A stretch of 63,370 bases of DNA, the filler included, from Octopus bimaculoides (taxonomy: Eukaryota), in NCBI RefSeq assembly GCF_001194135.2. It is 4 parts of 4 records of this genome, joined end to end, with 100 filler letters (N's around TTAATTAATTAA, not from the genome) between each part and the next. Parts side by side here need not be neighbours in the genome. Positions count along the whole stretch, not along the records: positions 1 to 28,890 come from NC_068986.1; 3 more parts are not named here. One strand, written 5' to 3'. The position numbers were made by a program, and so were the translations under genes. Below are positions 1 through 11,420 of this stretch, piece after piece (the first letter of the stretch is position 1; each line of letters begins with the position of its first letter). The notes below the pieces were generated by a model. That model was given only the letters and a program-made list of their open reading frames with translations, was not told the origin of the DNA and searched no databases.

Positions 1-40
<40 letters not shown>

Positions 41-42
41 TA

Positions 43-444
43 CATACTCTTTGACTCTTTTACTTGTTTCAGTCATTTGACTGCGGCCATGCTGGAGCAC
101 TGCCTTTAGTCAAGCAAATCAACCCCAGGGCTTATTCATTGTAAGTGTAGTACTTATTTTATTGGTCTCTTTTGCCGAACCGCTAAGTTACGGGGACCTA
201 AACACACCAGCATCAGTTGTCAAGCAATGCTAGGAGGACAAACACAGACACACAAACACACACACACATATATATATACATATATACGACGGGCTTCTTT
301 CAGTTTCCGTCTACCAAATCCACTCACAAGGCTTTGGTTGGCCCGAGGCTATAGTAGAAGACACTTGCCCAAGTTGCCATGCAGTGGGACTGAACCCGGA
401 ACCATGTGATTGGTAAGCGAGCTACTTACCACACAGCCACTCCT
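43..444 (-). mobile_element. Full-length tRNA-derived SINE, family A (~400 bp, internal TA/TG microsatellite, GTAAAAGA-type tail)
   Basis: Reverse complement begins GGAGTGGCTGTGTGGTAAG (A-box-like), has GGTTCAGTCCC (B-box-like) and CTTGGGCAAG, and ends in GAAACAAGTAAAAGAG; colinear with other copies in the window. Confidence 0.9.
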
Positions 445-1338
445 ATGTATATGTTTTGCAAACAACTTGCACATGCAAATGCTACCAGTCGGAAACTCCA
501 CATACTGGAAGCCAGCAAGTGTATGGGATCATCAGGAGAGAATGCACGCCATTTCAGGACCAGCCTTTTGACAGCATCAATGTCCACTGGCCCCCACCTC
601 ACTGGTATGAGGCCCCGCTTGCTAGATCAACTGGTCATCAAATAAAGCTCCATATTCTTCTAGCCATCACTCATCATCTCCTTTTAACCAAATCCAGTGG
701 CGAGCCTTTTCTACTGTAGTATGGGTATCGGTCATAGTGGTATTTACTTTACGATGAGTATATGTATATATTTATGTATGTATTTATAGAAGTCTTTCAT
801 TCTGTTTGTGTGTATGTTTGAACATTCTCCTCTTGGCAAAACATTTGTCTGTTTCTCTTTTTCTTTTCACATTGCTGCTTGTTCTTCAAACTCATGATCT
901 GCTTTCTTATTCACTCTTCTCCACTTTCTTTGGTTCCACATACACATACACATATGCACGCACAAACACTCACTGACTCACGCACATGCACTCACTCACT
1001 CAGACATATCCACACATATACTCTCACATTTCTCTCTCTTTGTCTCTCTCCCCCCCTCTCTCTCTCTCTTGATATATATACACACACACACACATACATA
1101 CTTATTACACACTCTTACTGCCTTCATGGGCAATGTTTACTATTGGATTCATTTGTGGCATTCTTATCAGTAAGATAAGNNNNNNNNNNNNNNNNNNNNN
1201 NNNNNNNNNNNNNNNNNNNNNNNNNNNNNNNNNNNNNNNNNNNNNNNNNNNNNNNNNNNNNNNNNNNNNNNNNNNNNNNNNNNNNNNNNNNNNNNNNNNN
1301 ATATATATATATATATATATATATAGATAGATAGATAT

Positions 1339-1409
<71 letters not shown>

Positions 1410-1569
1410 TAGATATATATATACATACATACACATACATATACACACATTTTTGTGTGAGTGCATTAGATAAATATTATATAAATATACCTGCTAGATA
1501 AATATAATATTTTATCCATTTTACCAAGGTTCAGTGGATTGGCAGACATTGTAATGAATCAGATAAAAT

Positions 1570-2000
1570 CCCATATGGCATTATATTTACCGTCTTTTCA
1601 TTCCAAGTTCAAATGCTACTCTGGTTAGCTTACACTTCTATCATTCTAAGGTCTATAAAATAAAGAACCTGTTCAGTATCAGAACTGATTTAATGAACTA
1701 TGCCTTCCATCACATCAGTGAATGATCTCTGGAGATTTTCTTGATAAACCCTGTGTGTAATTTCCATGGAATTTTCATGGAGGGATACCAGTGTGTTGTG
1801 TTGTTGCTTCTACTCAGAATTACCAGTAGCTAACTCTGGGGGAAGAAGAGAGGGAAGAAAGAATTGAACCCAGTATTTGACTGATTTATATATTTATCAT
1901 CACCTGGAAAGATGAAAAGCACAATTGACTTGTGCAGGATATGAACTCAGACAGATTTTTCAAGAAAATACTACAAGACGTTTTATTCAATGTTCTACCT
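1570..2000. mobile_element. Two degenerate fragments of SINE family B (Nin/Deu-domain-like), opposite orientations
   Basis: Weak matches to the GTTCAAAT..GTCGACTTTGCCTTTCATCCTTTCGGGGTCGATAAA motif of the better copy at 33604-33812. Confidence 0.45.
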
Positions 2001-3007
2001 ACTGTGCCAAATCAACTTTATTGTTTTCCCAAACTGTGTTATTGTCCCACTGTCTTGAATTTATGAACATAATTTGTTGCTCTGTTTAACACCATCACAT
2101 GACCCTAGGGTGGCTTTAGCAGAACCCACTTTATAGTAAGCATCTATGTAAGGTTCCCAGTTTGAGGATAACTTCTTTCTCTCCCACCAGTCCTGAAAGC
2201 CTTGGAGAGTGTCATCAGTACTACTCTTTCAGATTAAACTATTAAAAACAATGTTGTTAATCTATATTTCTGAAGATCAAAACCATTACTGCCATCTCTT
2301 TTTACACATTATTGTACTTGTTGATTCTCCTCCAGCACCAAACAGCCTGACTGTTAATAGCTAAAATTACTTTGTAGCATTTAATGCTAAAGTATTACAA
2401 CAAATCCTTCGTTCTTTGAAATATTTTTCTAATTCCCCCTCCCTCACCTCTCTTCATGTATTTCTCTATAGCATCTCTTTCTGATATCCTCAATCATTTC
2501 CAACTATTCATATTCTATTCACTTCTTCTGTTAGGAGGGGAGTTGATAAAAAGGAAAAAGCACCAATCCAGTGGGCTGATGAAAATGTTTGAATGTCTGA
2601 TCAGATGCCTTGCAGTTTTTGTTCCAACTCTTTGCATTTTGAGTTCAAATTCTACTGTTACCTCCTCGGGTGGTAGACTTAATCCATCATCCAGTTTAAC
2701 ACCACTACCTGGTACATTTGACAGAGTCCACTCAGTCAAAAATTCAAACTAGGTTTCCAATCTCAGGATGTCTTCCTCTGTTCCTCCAATGGGTCTTTGA
2801 TACATATGTGAGTATTTATGTAGCTTATCTACAGTTAGAGACTTGTTCTGCTCTGATCCCTTCTCCTATGCTTTTACCATTCTTCTGCCCCTCTTCCTGT
2901 CTCCTAGCATAAAGTTGCCCCCTTGGGGTTCATTGCCTTGAAAGCTACATGGCGATCTCATTAGTGTTGATGACATGAGAAAAGCATGCAGAACATACTG
3001 TAGTGAT

Positions 3008-3340
3008 TAATGTTAGGAAGGGCATCCAGCTGAAGATACTATGCCAAAGGCAGACACTGAGACATGAAGTAGTTCTTTGGCTCAGTGGATCCTGTTAAAT
3101 TGTCCAACAACCCAAGCCAGCATGGAATATGGACATTAAATGATGACAATCTATGTATATACATATTCATACATACATGTGAAGAGTGGTTGGGCATTAG
3201 GAAGGGTATCCACTTGTAGAAAGTAAGCCAGACCAGACTGGAACCTTGGTGCAGCTTTCCAGCTTGCCAACACTGGTCAAACCATCCCACCCATGCCAGC
3301 ATAGAAAGATAGAAAGTGGACGTTAAAAGATGATGATGAT
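3008..3340 (+). mobile_element. Two tandem 3' fragments of a short retroposon with GGCATTAGGAAGGGCATCCAG core and (GAT)n tail (family C)
   Basis: Motif TTAGGAAGGG(C/T)ATCC occurs twice; each copy ends in GACRTTAAA-(GAT)n. Confidence 0.75.
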
Positions 3341-3520
3341 ATATATATATGTATATGTGTATATGTATATAATATGTATGTAATATATTATCTTTATCTT
3401 ATGATATTTAATTTGTATTATATTATATTTATTTATTGTGCTTTTACTTATTAATTTTTCTATATGTGACAGTGGATTTTCATCGATGAGTTCATGAACC
3501 TTGGTTCTTTTCCCTAAAAC

Positions 3521-3555
<35 letters not shown>

Positions 3556-3699
3556 CACAAACACAGCAGAAGTAAATAAGTAAATAGACACCCTTTATAA
3601 TCATTAAAATTTATTTAAATCTGAAATTATACATTCAAATTATTTACTAATTGTTATAAGGTGAATATTTAGTAGACATGCCCTTTGATCTTTTTTCAA

Positions 3700-4600
3700 T
3701 GCAAGGACTCTATTAGACTTGTTACTGATCAGATGGCAAATGTTCTTTTGTGGAATTTCTTGTCAAGTTTCACACAGTAATCTCAAAATATCTGGCTTTG
3801 AAGACACTTTCTTGTTCTTTTTATGAAGTCTCCTGTCCATTATGTCCCAGAGGTGTTCAATAGGATTCATATCTGGTGACAGGCTTGGCTATGGAAGTTT
3901 TTTAATGCCATTCTCATCCAACAAATCTTGGGTCATTTTAGCTGTGTGACAAGGGGCCCTATCTTCCAAAAATAAAGAGTCGTCTTCAATCATTTCACCA
4001 CTGGAGAAATTTGGAAGAAGTCCTTTCTGCAATATGGACACATATTTATTTGAGTTTATGTTTCCCTCACACTCCACGAGTTCTGATTAACCATTGCTCC
4101 AAATTGCTCCCCATACCATCGTAGAATAGCTGCTATGTTTCATTGTTGGCTGCAATCTTTTCACATCAAGTTCTTGATCACAGAGTCTCCAAACCCACAC
4201 TTGACCACTTTGAGAAAATACAGCAAATCTGGACTCATCAGAGAATATGACAGTGTCCCAAAATGCTAGTGGCTTCTCCATCATCTCACTGGCCCAATTG
4301 TTTCTCTGCTTGATATTGGCTGGTTGAAGAAGTGGCTTTCTTCTTGCTGCTCTCCATACTAGCCAAGTTTGTGGAGATACTAGACAGCTGTTCTGGGATT
4401 GACATCAACTTATTCTGCTATGTCAGAGGCTTTGCAACAAGAATTATCCTCCACACTTCTCATAGCAAAGAGAAGGGTCCTGTCAGAGGACCCTGGTTGA
4501 TCTGGATGAAATGATGTGGACTCCTTCCCCTCTCTGGTGAATTGCACAATCACCCTGTTAAACTGTAGAAAGTAGGATCCCAAGATTTTCTGTGATTTGG
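3700..4600 (-). mobile_element. Degenerate Tc1-like DDE transposase remnant
   Basis: ORFs 4087-4284 ([18 protein letters not shown]) and 3889-4077 (KYVSIL, FLEDRAPCHTAK) match Tc1 catalytic motifs; frames are broken by stops and shifts. Confidence 0.9.
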
Positions 4601-4619
4601 AATGTGACAGAAGCTGTTC

Positions 4620-4880
4620 TCTGCACATTTTCAGTGTTTATTGCTCCTGAGCATTTGCTACATACAAAAAAAAAGCTATCTTCCCAGTTAGCCTTCCTTT
4701 GCTATTGCTGCACCTCTTATGTGTCCATAGCTTACACTGGGTACATCTTATGGAGTTTTTACCTATGCCTTTTCTACAGATCGAGCAGGACCATCTACCT
4801 GAAGGGATTTGTGGTTTGTCTCCTAAGCAGACCAAGTGCAGATATGAATAACATATGGGAACCAGTATTAAGGAAGGATA
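4620..4880 (-). mobile_element. RTE-like LINE fragment with Cys-rich (PHD-like) segment
   Basis: WSCSICRKGIGKNSIRCTQCKLWTHKRCS in ORF 4638-4835; resembles the Cys cluster of some RTE-type ORF2 proteins (family assignment from recall). Confidence 0.6.
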
Positions 4881-4930
4881 GGAAAATATTAGATTTATAA
4901 GCCCTAAAAATTCACTCCATAACTACCAAT

Positions 4931-5188
4931 GGGCATATAGCATAGTGGTTAAGAGCGCAGGCTACTAGCCCCAAGATTCCGAGTTCAGTTCCAGGCGGTG
5001 ACCTGAATAATAATAATGATAATGATAATAATAACATTGAAAAATACCTTAGGAATGAGAACCCAGGTTTGAAATTTCCTCAAGACACCTGATGGAGGCT
5101 GGAGGGTATATCAACTGAAACGTTGTGTTAACAACAAACAAGATGAGGACAAATATCCGTCAAATGTAAATAATGTAAACAATGTACA
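4931..5188 (+). mobile_element. tRNA-headed SINE (family D) with hammerhead-like 3' module, copy 1
   Basis: A box TAGCATAGTGG 4938-4948, B-box-like GAGTTCAGTTCC 4981-4992, (TAA)n spacer, GACAC-CTGATGG-A-GGCTG..CAACT-GAAA-CGTT-GTGTT at 5084-5129, (ATGTAAATA)-like tail. Confidence 0.85.
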
Positions 5189-5189
5189 A

Positions 5190-6560
5190 ATTTGTTGAGT
5201 AGGCAATGTCACATTTGCAAGCTAAGAGATTCTCACTCAAATTATCATATTTTTTTCTCCTGAAAAAATTGTATGACAATATTGAAAAGTGAATAAAATT
5301 GCTTCAAACATTTGCCTTTCGATAACCATCTCACCTCAGTTTGTAAAAGAAGACGATCAAATTTTTCATCCTTGTTGTTGCAGAGTTGTTGAAATATTCA
5401 GGAATTAAGGGGAAGACATTTTATTTTATTTATTGCTGTGATAACAATACCATGTGATTTATGAAGCCGATCACTCAAGTGTCTTGCAACTAGATGTTGA
5501 TAATGAATTGTACAACATTTTGTAAATATGTTCAGTAAGCCTTCTTTAAAAATGTAAGAAAGCCTCTGTACAGCCCTATTAATGCTGGAACACAGTCTGT
5601 TGCACAAGCAACTATATCGTTCATTGGGATTTCTTTTTCTTTGAAAAACTGTTCAACGATAGTAAAAATATCTATTATTTACATTATTTACATTGGATGG
5701 ATACGTGTCCTCATCTTATTTGTTGTTACCACAATGTTTCAGCTGATTTACTCTCCAGCCTTCATCAGGTTAATTGCTCACAGGCATATAGCATAATGGT
5801 TAAGAGTGCAGGCTACTAACCCCAAGATTCCAAGTACAATTCGAGGCAGAACCTTGAATAAATAATAATAATAATAATGATAATCATAACATCAGCAAAA
5901 AATACCTTAGCAATGAGAACCCAGGGTTGGGTTCAAAATTTCACCCGGACACCTGATGGAGGCTGGAGAGTAAATCAGTCGAAACATGGTAACAACAAAC
6001 AAGACGAGGACACATATCCATCCAATGTAAATGATGTAAATAATGTACAGAATTCCTCATCTCTGAAATATAGAACAGTTTAGTAAAAATGGATTCACTT
6101 TTTAGTGTCTGTTTTAAGTTCCTTTGCAAACAACAAATCTTACACAATTTCCTGATCTTTAATAAAGCAAGCATATCCTAAAAGCAGCGCTTCATTGCCT
6201 GAGGGAATCAACTGGTCCAATTGTAAACCAAATTGTTGATTTTTAAGTATTGTAAATAACATTTCTTCAATGTCCTCAGCCATTTAAATCAATTCTTTCC
6301 ACAGAATTACTACTAAGTGGAATTGTTCTGGTAATTCCATTTGGGGATGGATGATGTACTACTGTACAAAGAGATTCCTCTATAGCTAGCAAAATGAGTT
6401 GTTCTCTAATTGTATGGGGTTTAACTGATCTGGCAATCATTCTGGAGATATTGTATGCACAAACAAGTCCTTCGTCGCATTTCTGTGATTGGTTTCTCAT
6501 AAGGGGGTGAATAGATTTTCTGTTGGGAAATTTATCTCGAGTTTTAAAGTATGACAAATC
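5190..6560 (-). mobile_element. hAT Buster/ZBED5-like transposase remnant, interrupted by an insertion at 5670-6080
   Basis: AYNISRMIARSVKPHTI..TIPLSSNSVERID (6276-6557); FFKEKEIPMNDIVACATD..GLYRGFLTFLKK; CCTIHYQHLVARHLSDRLH..INKIK (5398-5607). Confidence 0.9.
5670..6080 (+). mobile_element. Composite family D insertion: inverted 3' module (5677-5770, minus) plus full SINE (5783-6078, plus), flanked by 10-bp TSD
   Basis: TAGTAAAAAT at 5660-5669 and 6081-6090; inverted and direct 3' modules share the loop GAGAGTAAAT and the ATCCATCCAATG variant. Confidence 0.85.
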
Positions 6561-8723
6561 TTTTTTTTTTTTTGCTTTTATCAGGGTGTATCTTGTTTAA
6601 ATGATGGAAAAGCCTGGATGGCTTCATGGCCTCATTTGAAAAAAGCTTTCCTGTGAAGAAGACACATTGGCTGTTATTCATTATTAAGAACAATAATAAA
6701 TCCAAATATTCAACATTATACTGTCTGCATTTTCCCTTTAATAAGTTTTGTTGACATGATTATAGGTGAACTCAAGCACTTAAAGTAAAGTAAAAAAAAT
6801 TACAAATAATGTCAACAACCACCATTAGCTCTTCAAAAACTATTTAGGTACAAGGGTACATTTCTTTTTTAATAAAATAATAGTACTTTGTTGAAACAAT
6901 AAAGAGTTTATGACTGAAAGACTAATTGTTATCTGAAACCTTTACAATAGTTTCTCCAACTAAATCAGCTGCTTCACCATTGTAAATGTGAACCTGCCTA
7001 GTCTAAGTAGCATCTTGATAAATATGGTTAGAGGTGAAAGCATATTAATCTATTTAAAAGAAACTGGAAAATTAGTTGAGTGATAATAGATATTTGAGAC
7101 ACAAATTAAAGTATATGAAAGAGAGATCCACACACTTAACACATGGCATGTTCACAATAAGTAAGGTGCTTAATAACCATTTCTCTATCAAATTTTTCCT
7201 ATTGATAAATTTCATGATTATAATTGCTGTAGGAAAAGATAATGGAAAATAAATAATTTAAGAAAACTTTTAAAGCAAAATCACAATATTTAAATAATTC
7301 ATCGAATGATGGTAATAATAATAATAAATGAATTTGTTGCAATTAAAAAAATTCTCAAAATTTATTCTTAGCCGGATATAATACATGTGGAAATTAATTC
7401 GGTACCCCAATAAATAAATGAAGATAAAATAATAGCTGTCATCTTTTTTTCAAAAATACTTGTTAATTCTTATAGTAAACTTATCTAAGAAATAAATCGA
7501 CCATTTTCTAGTTTCATGATAGTAACCAGGTTGGATTTAAACCTTGTGGAGGTGGGGTACTTCATGTTTGGTGGGCCCCTCCGAGTTTCCCTGGAAACTC
7601 CAAGTCCCCCCTTTTTTGTGGAAAAAAGTGGCTTGCTGCAGGTTTGGAGGTCAGATACATTGAATACACTCGAAAAAACCTGTGGAAAACAATTATTTCA
7701 CATCGAGGTATGAGCAGGTCCTTTACGAAATATTTACTGATTATTTTCCCTCATATGTTTCACTTTCAAGGAAATGAAAAGCACTACAAATGCTTCAGAA
7801 AAAATATAATTTCAGGGGAAATTATGTAAAATTTGTCTCAACACACGAGTTCACATCAAGAATCTTGCAAACCTAATACAAACATGTAGTATTAAGGAAA
7901 AGAATAAAATGTTTACTCCCCTCCATCATCACGATTAAAATTATAATTTTTGATTTTGTTTGGCTTTATGAATTTGATATTTTTTTAAATACTTCCCTCT
8001 ACTGCTTGATACAAAAAAAAAAATTTGAAAATCCTGACCAAAACAAATTCTAACTTAACAAAAAAATATAGGAAGAGAAAGAAAAGGTTCTGTTTTCCAA
8101 AGCCAAAAGAAGTGTTTTTAGTTAAGGTGTAATTTTATAATTAAAACAAATTCAAAATTTAAATTTCAGAACATAAGACTTACCACTTTATCTGGGGTAT
8201 GGCTGCAGTTCAAAACCTAAAACAAATGTGTGTGTGCGTGTGCATGTATGGTTGGGCCTTTAATCGCCAGGGTCAATTGCAGAAAGGAATTCAAAATGGC
8301 AACAGTCTCACATACACACAATCATAGACATACAAATATACCCATACACACACACACACAACACAGACACACACATGCACGCATGCACACACACACGCAC
8401 ACGCACACACACATTTGCATATCAGCCACTCCCAAAAGCCGGTGTCATCCAAAATTCTGATCACTATTCTTTATATATTTGCACACAAAGACACACATAC
8501 ACACACATTCAGCTTTTCCCTTTTATTCATTGTATTTTTTCTTTTAGTCATCTGTCACCAGTCATCTGCTTTTTGTTTTTGTTTTTGTTTTGGAGGTTTC
8601 ACTTTAGTGACACCAGTTACACATGGTACCAGGAATTTGCTTGGTTTCACCAAAATGGAAAAAAAGTGATTTTTAAATTTTTGAAAATTTCAAAGAAAAA
8701 GATTTGAAAGAAAAGAAAGAATG

Positions 8724-8803
8724 GTGCCAGTTATGTGACATGCCACCAGCACGAGTGCCAGTTATGTGACATGCCACCAGCATGAGTGCCAGTTATGTGA
8801 CAT
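8724..8803. repeat. 31-bp tandem repeat, ~2.6 copies
   Basis: GTGCCAGTTATGTGACATGCCACCAGCAYGA starts at 8724, 8755 and 8786. Confidence 0.9.
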
Positions 8804-9329
8804 CAGCATATCTATAAGTTAAGATTAAAATTAACATTTAAAGTTTATGCATTGAGTATGCCAATAAAGCACATTCACTATCTATGGCTACCTGGCATTA
8901 TTTGTGGTAATTGCACAATCGTCGGGTTATCTGAATTAGAAATTTATCAGTATATGTTAAGTATAACAGAAACAATAGAAATGGAAGATGGAATATATTT
9001 GAAACTTTACTTATCACAACAATCATTTCAGCACATCTTGCATCGCTCCTGCTGGGGATAAATTGTTTGATAGCTACCAATCTTTGCCAACATGATGCCA
9101 GAGGGCCAGACATCATGCTGGAAGGTGGTATGGTCATAACTCTTTATGACTATTTGACACACAGTTATATCTCAACATATGCCTATATACACATATATGT
9201 ATACATACACGCACCCATTTATACATACACATATACCATTTCACATACTTACATAGACCTATCGATATTTATATACATCTATAGGCATATAGATGCATAT
9301 ACATCCACATATACAGACATACTGTCATA

Positions 9330-9512
9330 TACATGAAAAGCACTTATTCCAGTCTGTAAAGTGGTTGGCATTAGGAGGGGCATCCAGCTATAAAAACCAT
9401 GTCAAAACAGACAGTGGAGTTTGGTGCAGTTCTCTGGCTTGCCAGCTCCTGTCAAACTATCCAACCCATGACAGTATGGAAAACATACATTAAATGATAA
9501 TGACGATGATGT
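9330..9512 (+). mobile_element. Family C short retroposon 3' part
   Basis: GGTTGGCATTAGGAGGGGCATCCAG ... CATTAAATGATAATGACGATGATG. Confidence 0.75.
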
Positions 9513-10167
9513 ATATATACATATACATAAGTATATATACACACATATGTATGTATACATATGTGCATGTATATATAAATATATAAATGATAGGATTGCT
9601 TCAATTTTTCAGTGGGGTAGTCTGAAGTATCCAAGCAACCAGGGGATGTTTAAATCCAGAGGCACTCCTGGGAATTACTTGTGTGGGTACCGTCTTCGTT
9701 AGAGGGTATCCAGAGGTAGGTAATTTATTGTTTAAACCGTAGTTTATAATTATAAATATATATATATGTTAATACATGTGTGTGTATACACACATGCATG
9801 CACCCATACACACACACACACACCCATAGAAAGCCACAAAGCTAGCAAACATTTCCATCTAATTTAAACCATGAAACTAACAGTGATATATTAAACAGCA
9901 ATGGTTCTCACTCTTTATAGCTCAGTGCCCTCCTTTCTTCAAATGACATTTTACAAACACACCCTGTTCTTGCCAATAAAAAAACAAGAACAAAACGAAG
10001 ACAAAAAGAAATAGAGCAAAAACTATAAATTATTTTAATCAAACAGAAGGTATGTACAGTAGTTTATTATCTGTATTTTCTTACGTTATCACATCCAACA
10101 CGTGACTTCTTTTAGGCATTAGCATGGATTAGTAGTGTCCGATAGTTTAAGTTCACATCGAAATTTG

Positions 10168-10330
10168 CAGGTGTGGCTGTACGGTAAGAAGCTTGCTTCC
10201 CAACCATGTGATCTTAGGTTCAGTCGTGCAACATAGCACCTTGGGCAAGTACATTCCATTATAACCCCACCCAGGCCAACTAAAGCCCTGTGAGTGGATT
10301 TGGTAGAAGGAAACCAAAAGAAGCCCATCA
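10168..10330 (+). mobile_element. SINE family A, 5' half
   Basis: GTGTGGCTGTACGGTAAG..CACCTTGGGCAAG..GTGAGTGGATTTGGTAG..AGAAGCCC. Confidence 0.85.
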
Positions 10331-10584
10331 TCAACATCATCATTATTCAATGTCCATTTTCCATGCTGGCATGGTTTTGAAATTTTTTTTTTTTTTTGCT
10401 TTTGAAAATGTGTTTAAAATATAGATATTGTACCTGATTTAAATATCATATTTCTAAGAAAAGCCATGTCCCTTCTAAACAGTGAACATGGCCTATAGTG
10501 CCATGACTCCTTGTGAACATTCCCTGTATCTCTAAGGGAAGGATAGGGTCACTACAGCACAGACCGAGAGTTATTGATGTAGAG

Positions 10585-10896
10585 CAGTGGTTCACAAAGT
10601 GGGTGATGCTTTCCCCCCACCCCCACCCTCACCGGGGGAGCAGGGGAAAAATCCAAGGTGGGGTGAGGCTTTGAAGAAAGTCAGGCGATAATGGGGTGGT
10701 CAAAAGAGTCGGGGGCAATGGTTGTGAAAACAACAAAATAATGGGTTAATTAGGTTAAGCTTTATTTATGAAATACAGTTGCTTTGAATTTTCTGCAGCA
10801 AGTGGTCTACAGTTTGTGGTGGTGAGTGGCTGGGGCACTAGGAATGTGGCCTGGGTGCCAAGAGGGAAGCAGCCTGAAAATGTTTGGGAGCCACTG
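10585..10896. mobile_element. hAT (Buster/Charlie-type) MITE
   Basis: Termini CAGTGGTTCACAAA / TTTGGGAGCCACTG; 8-bp TSD ATGTAGAG (10577-10584) vs CTGTAGAG (10897-10904), 7/8 identical with central TA. Confidence 0.8.
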
Positions 10897-11235
10897 CTGT
10901 AGAGTAATTAGAATCACCACCACTGACAACAGCAGCAACAGTCACATCACATTCCATGTCATAATAATAACTTCAAACAGTGCACCCACACTGCTAAACC
11001 AAGCAAATTCTCTTATAAAACATGACTCAAAAAACAAAAATCAATGTCCCCAAACCACACAAAATGAAAAATATGCACTTTCCATCTTGGCCGTCATTTC
11101 GACCTTTTGCTTCCATCAAAAACCCAAGCCCCCAAAACAGTAGGGAAATCTAAAAAAAACTCAAAAAATTTCATGGCGGAGAATGTCACTAACATACACT
11201 AAAATTGCCTACGACCTGAAGGAATCACTGCACTT

Positions 11236-11420
11236 ATGAACATCTACATTTCCTGGTACCACCACCACCACCACTACCACCACCACTGCCGCCACCACCA
11301 CCACCAAGTTCCATGCAGGCATGGTTTGGAAAGTTTGACAGGATCAGATGTGTCCAAGGACTGTATTGTATTCCCATGTCTGCTTTGGCATGATTTCTAC
11401 GTCTGCATGCCCTTCCTAAT
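11236..11420 (-). mobile_element. Family C short retroposon
   Basis: Plus strand shows GCATGCCCTTCCTAATGCCAAC, the reverse complement of the family C core. Confidence 0.7.

Noticed and set aside
456-719. ORF with HWPPPHWY, weakly reminiscent of DIRS-type RT/RNaseH
   Set aside because: Single short motif, insufficient to call
4231-4241. Minus-strand CTGATGAGTCC, identical to a classic hammerhead core plus helix II start
   Set aside because: No complementary GGAC-GAAA follows; it is the SDESRF codon run of the Tc1 transposase
4931-5000. Functional tRNA genes at SINE heads (also 5783, 41848, 57930)
   Set aside because: No complete cloverleaf or acceptor stem; each continues into repeat bodies present in multiple copies
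8724-8803. CRISPR-like array (31-bp repeats)
   Set aside because: No spacers, eukaryotic context, no cas genes
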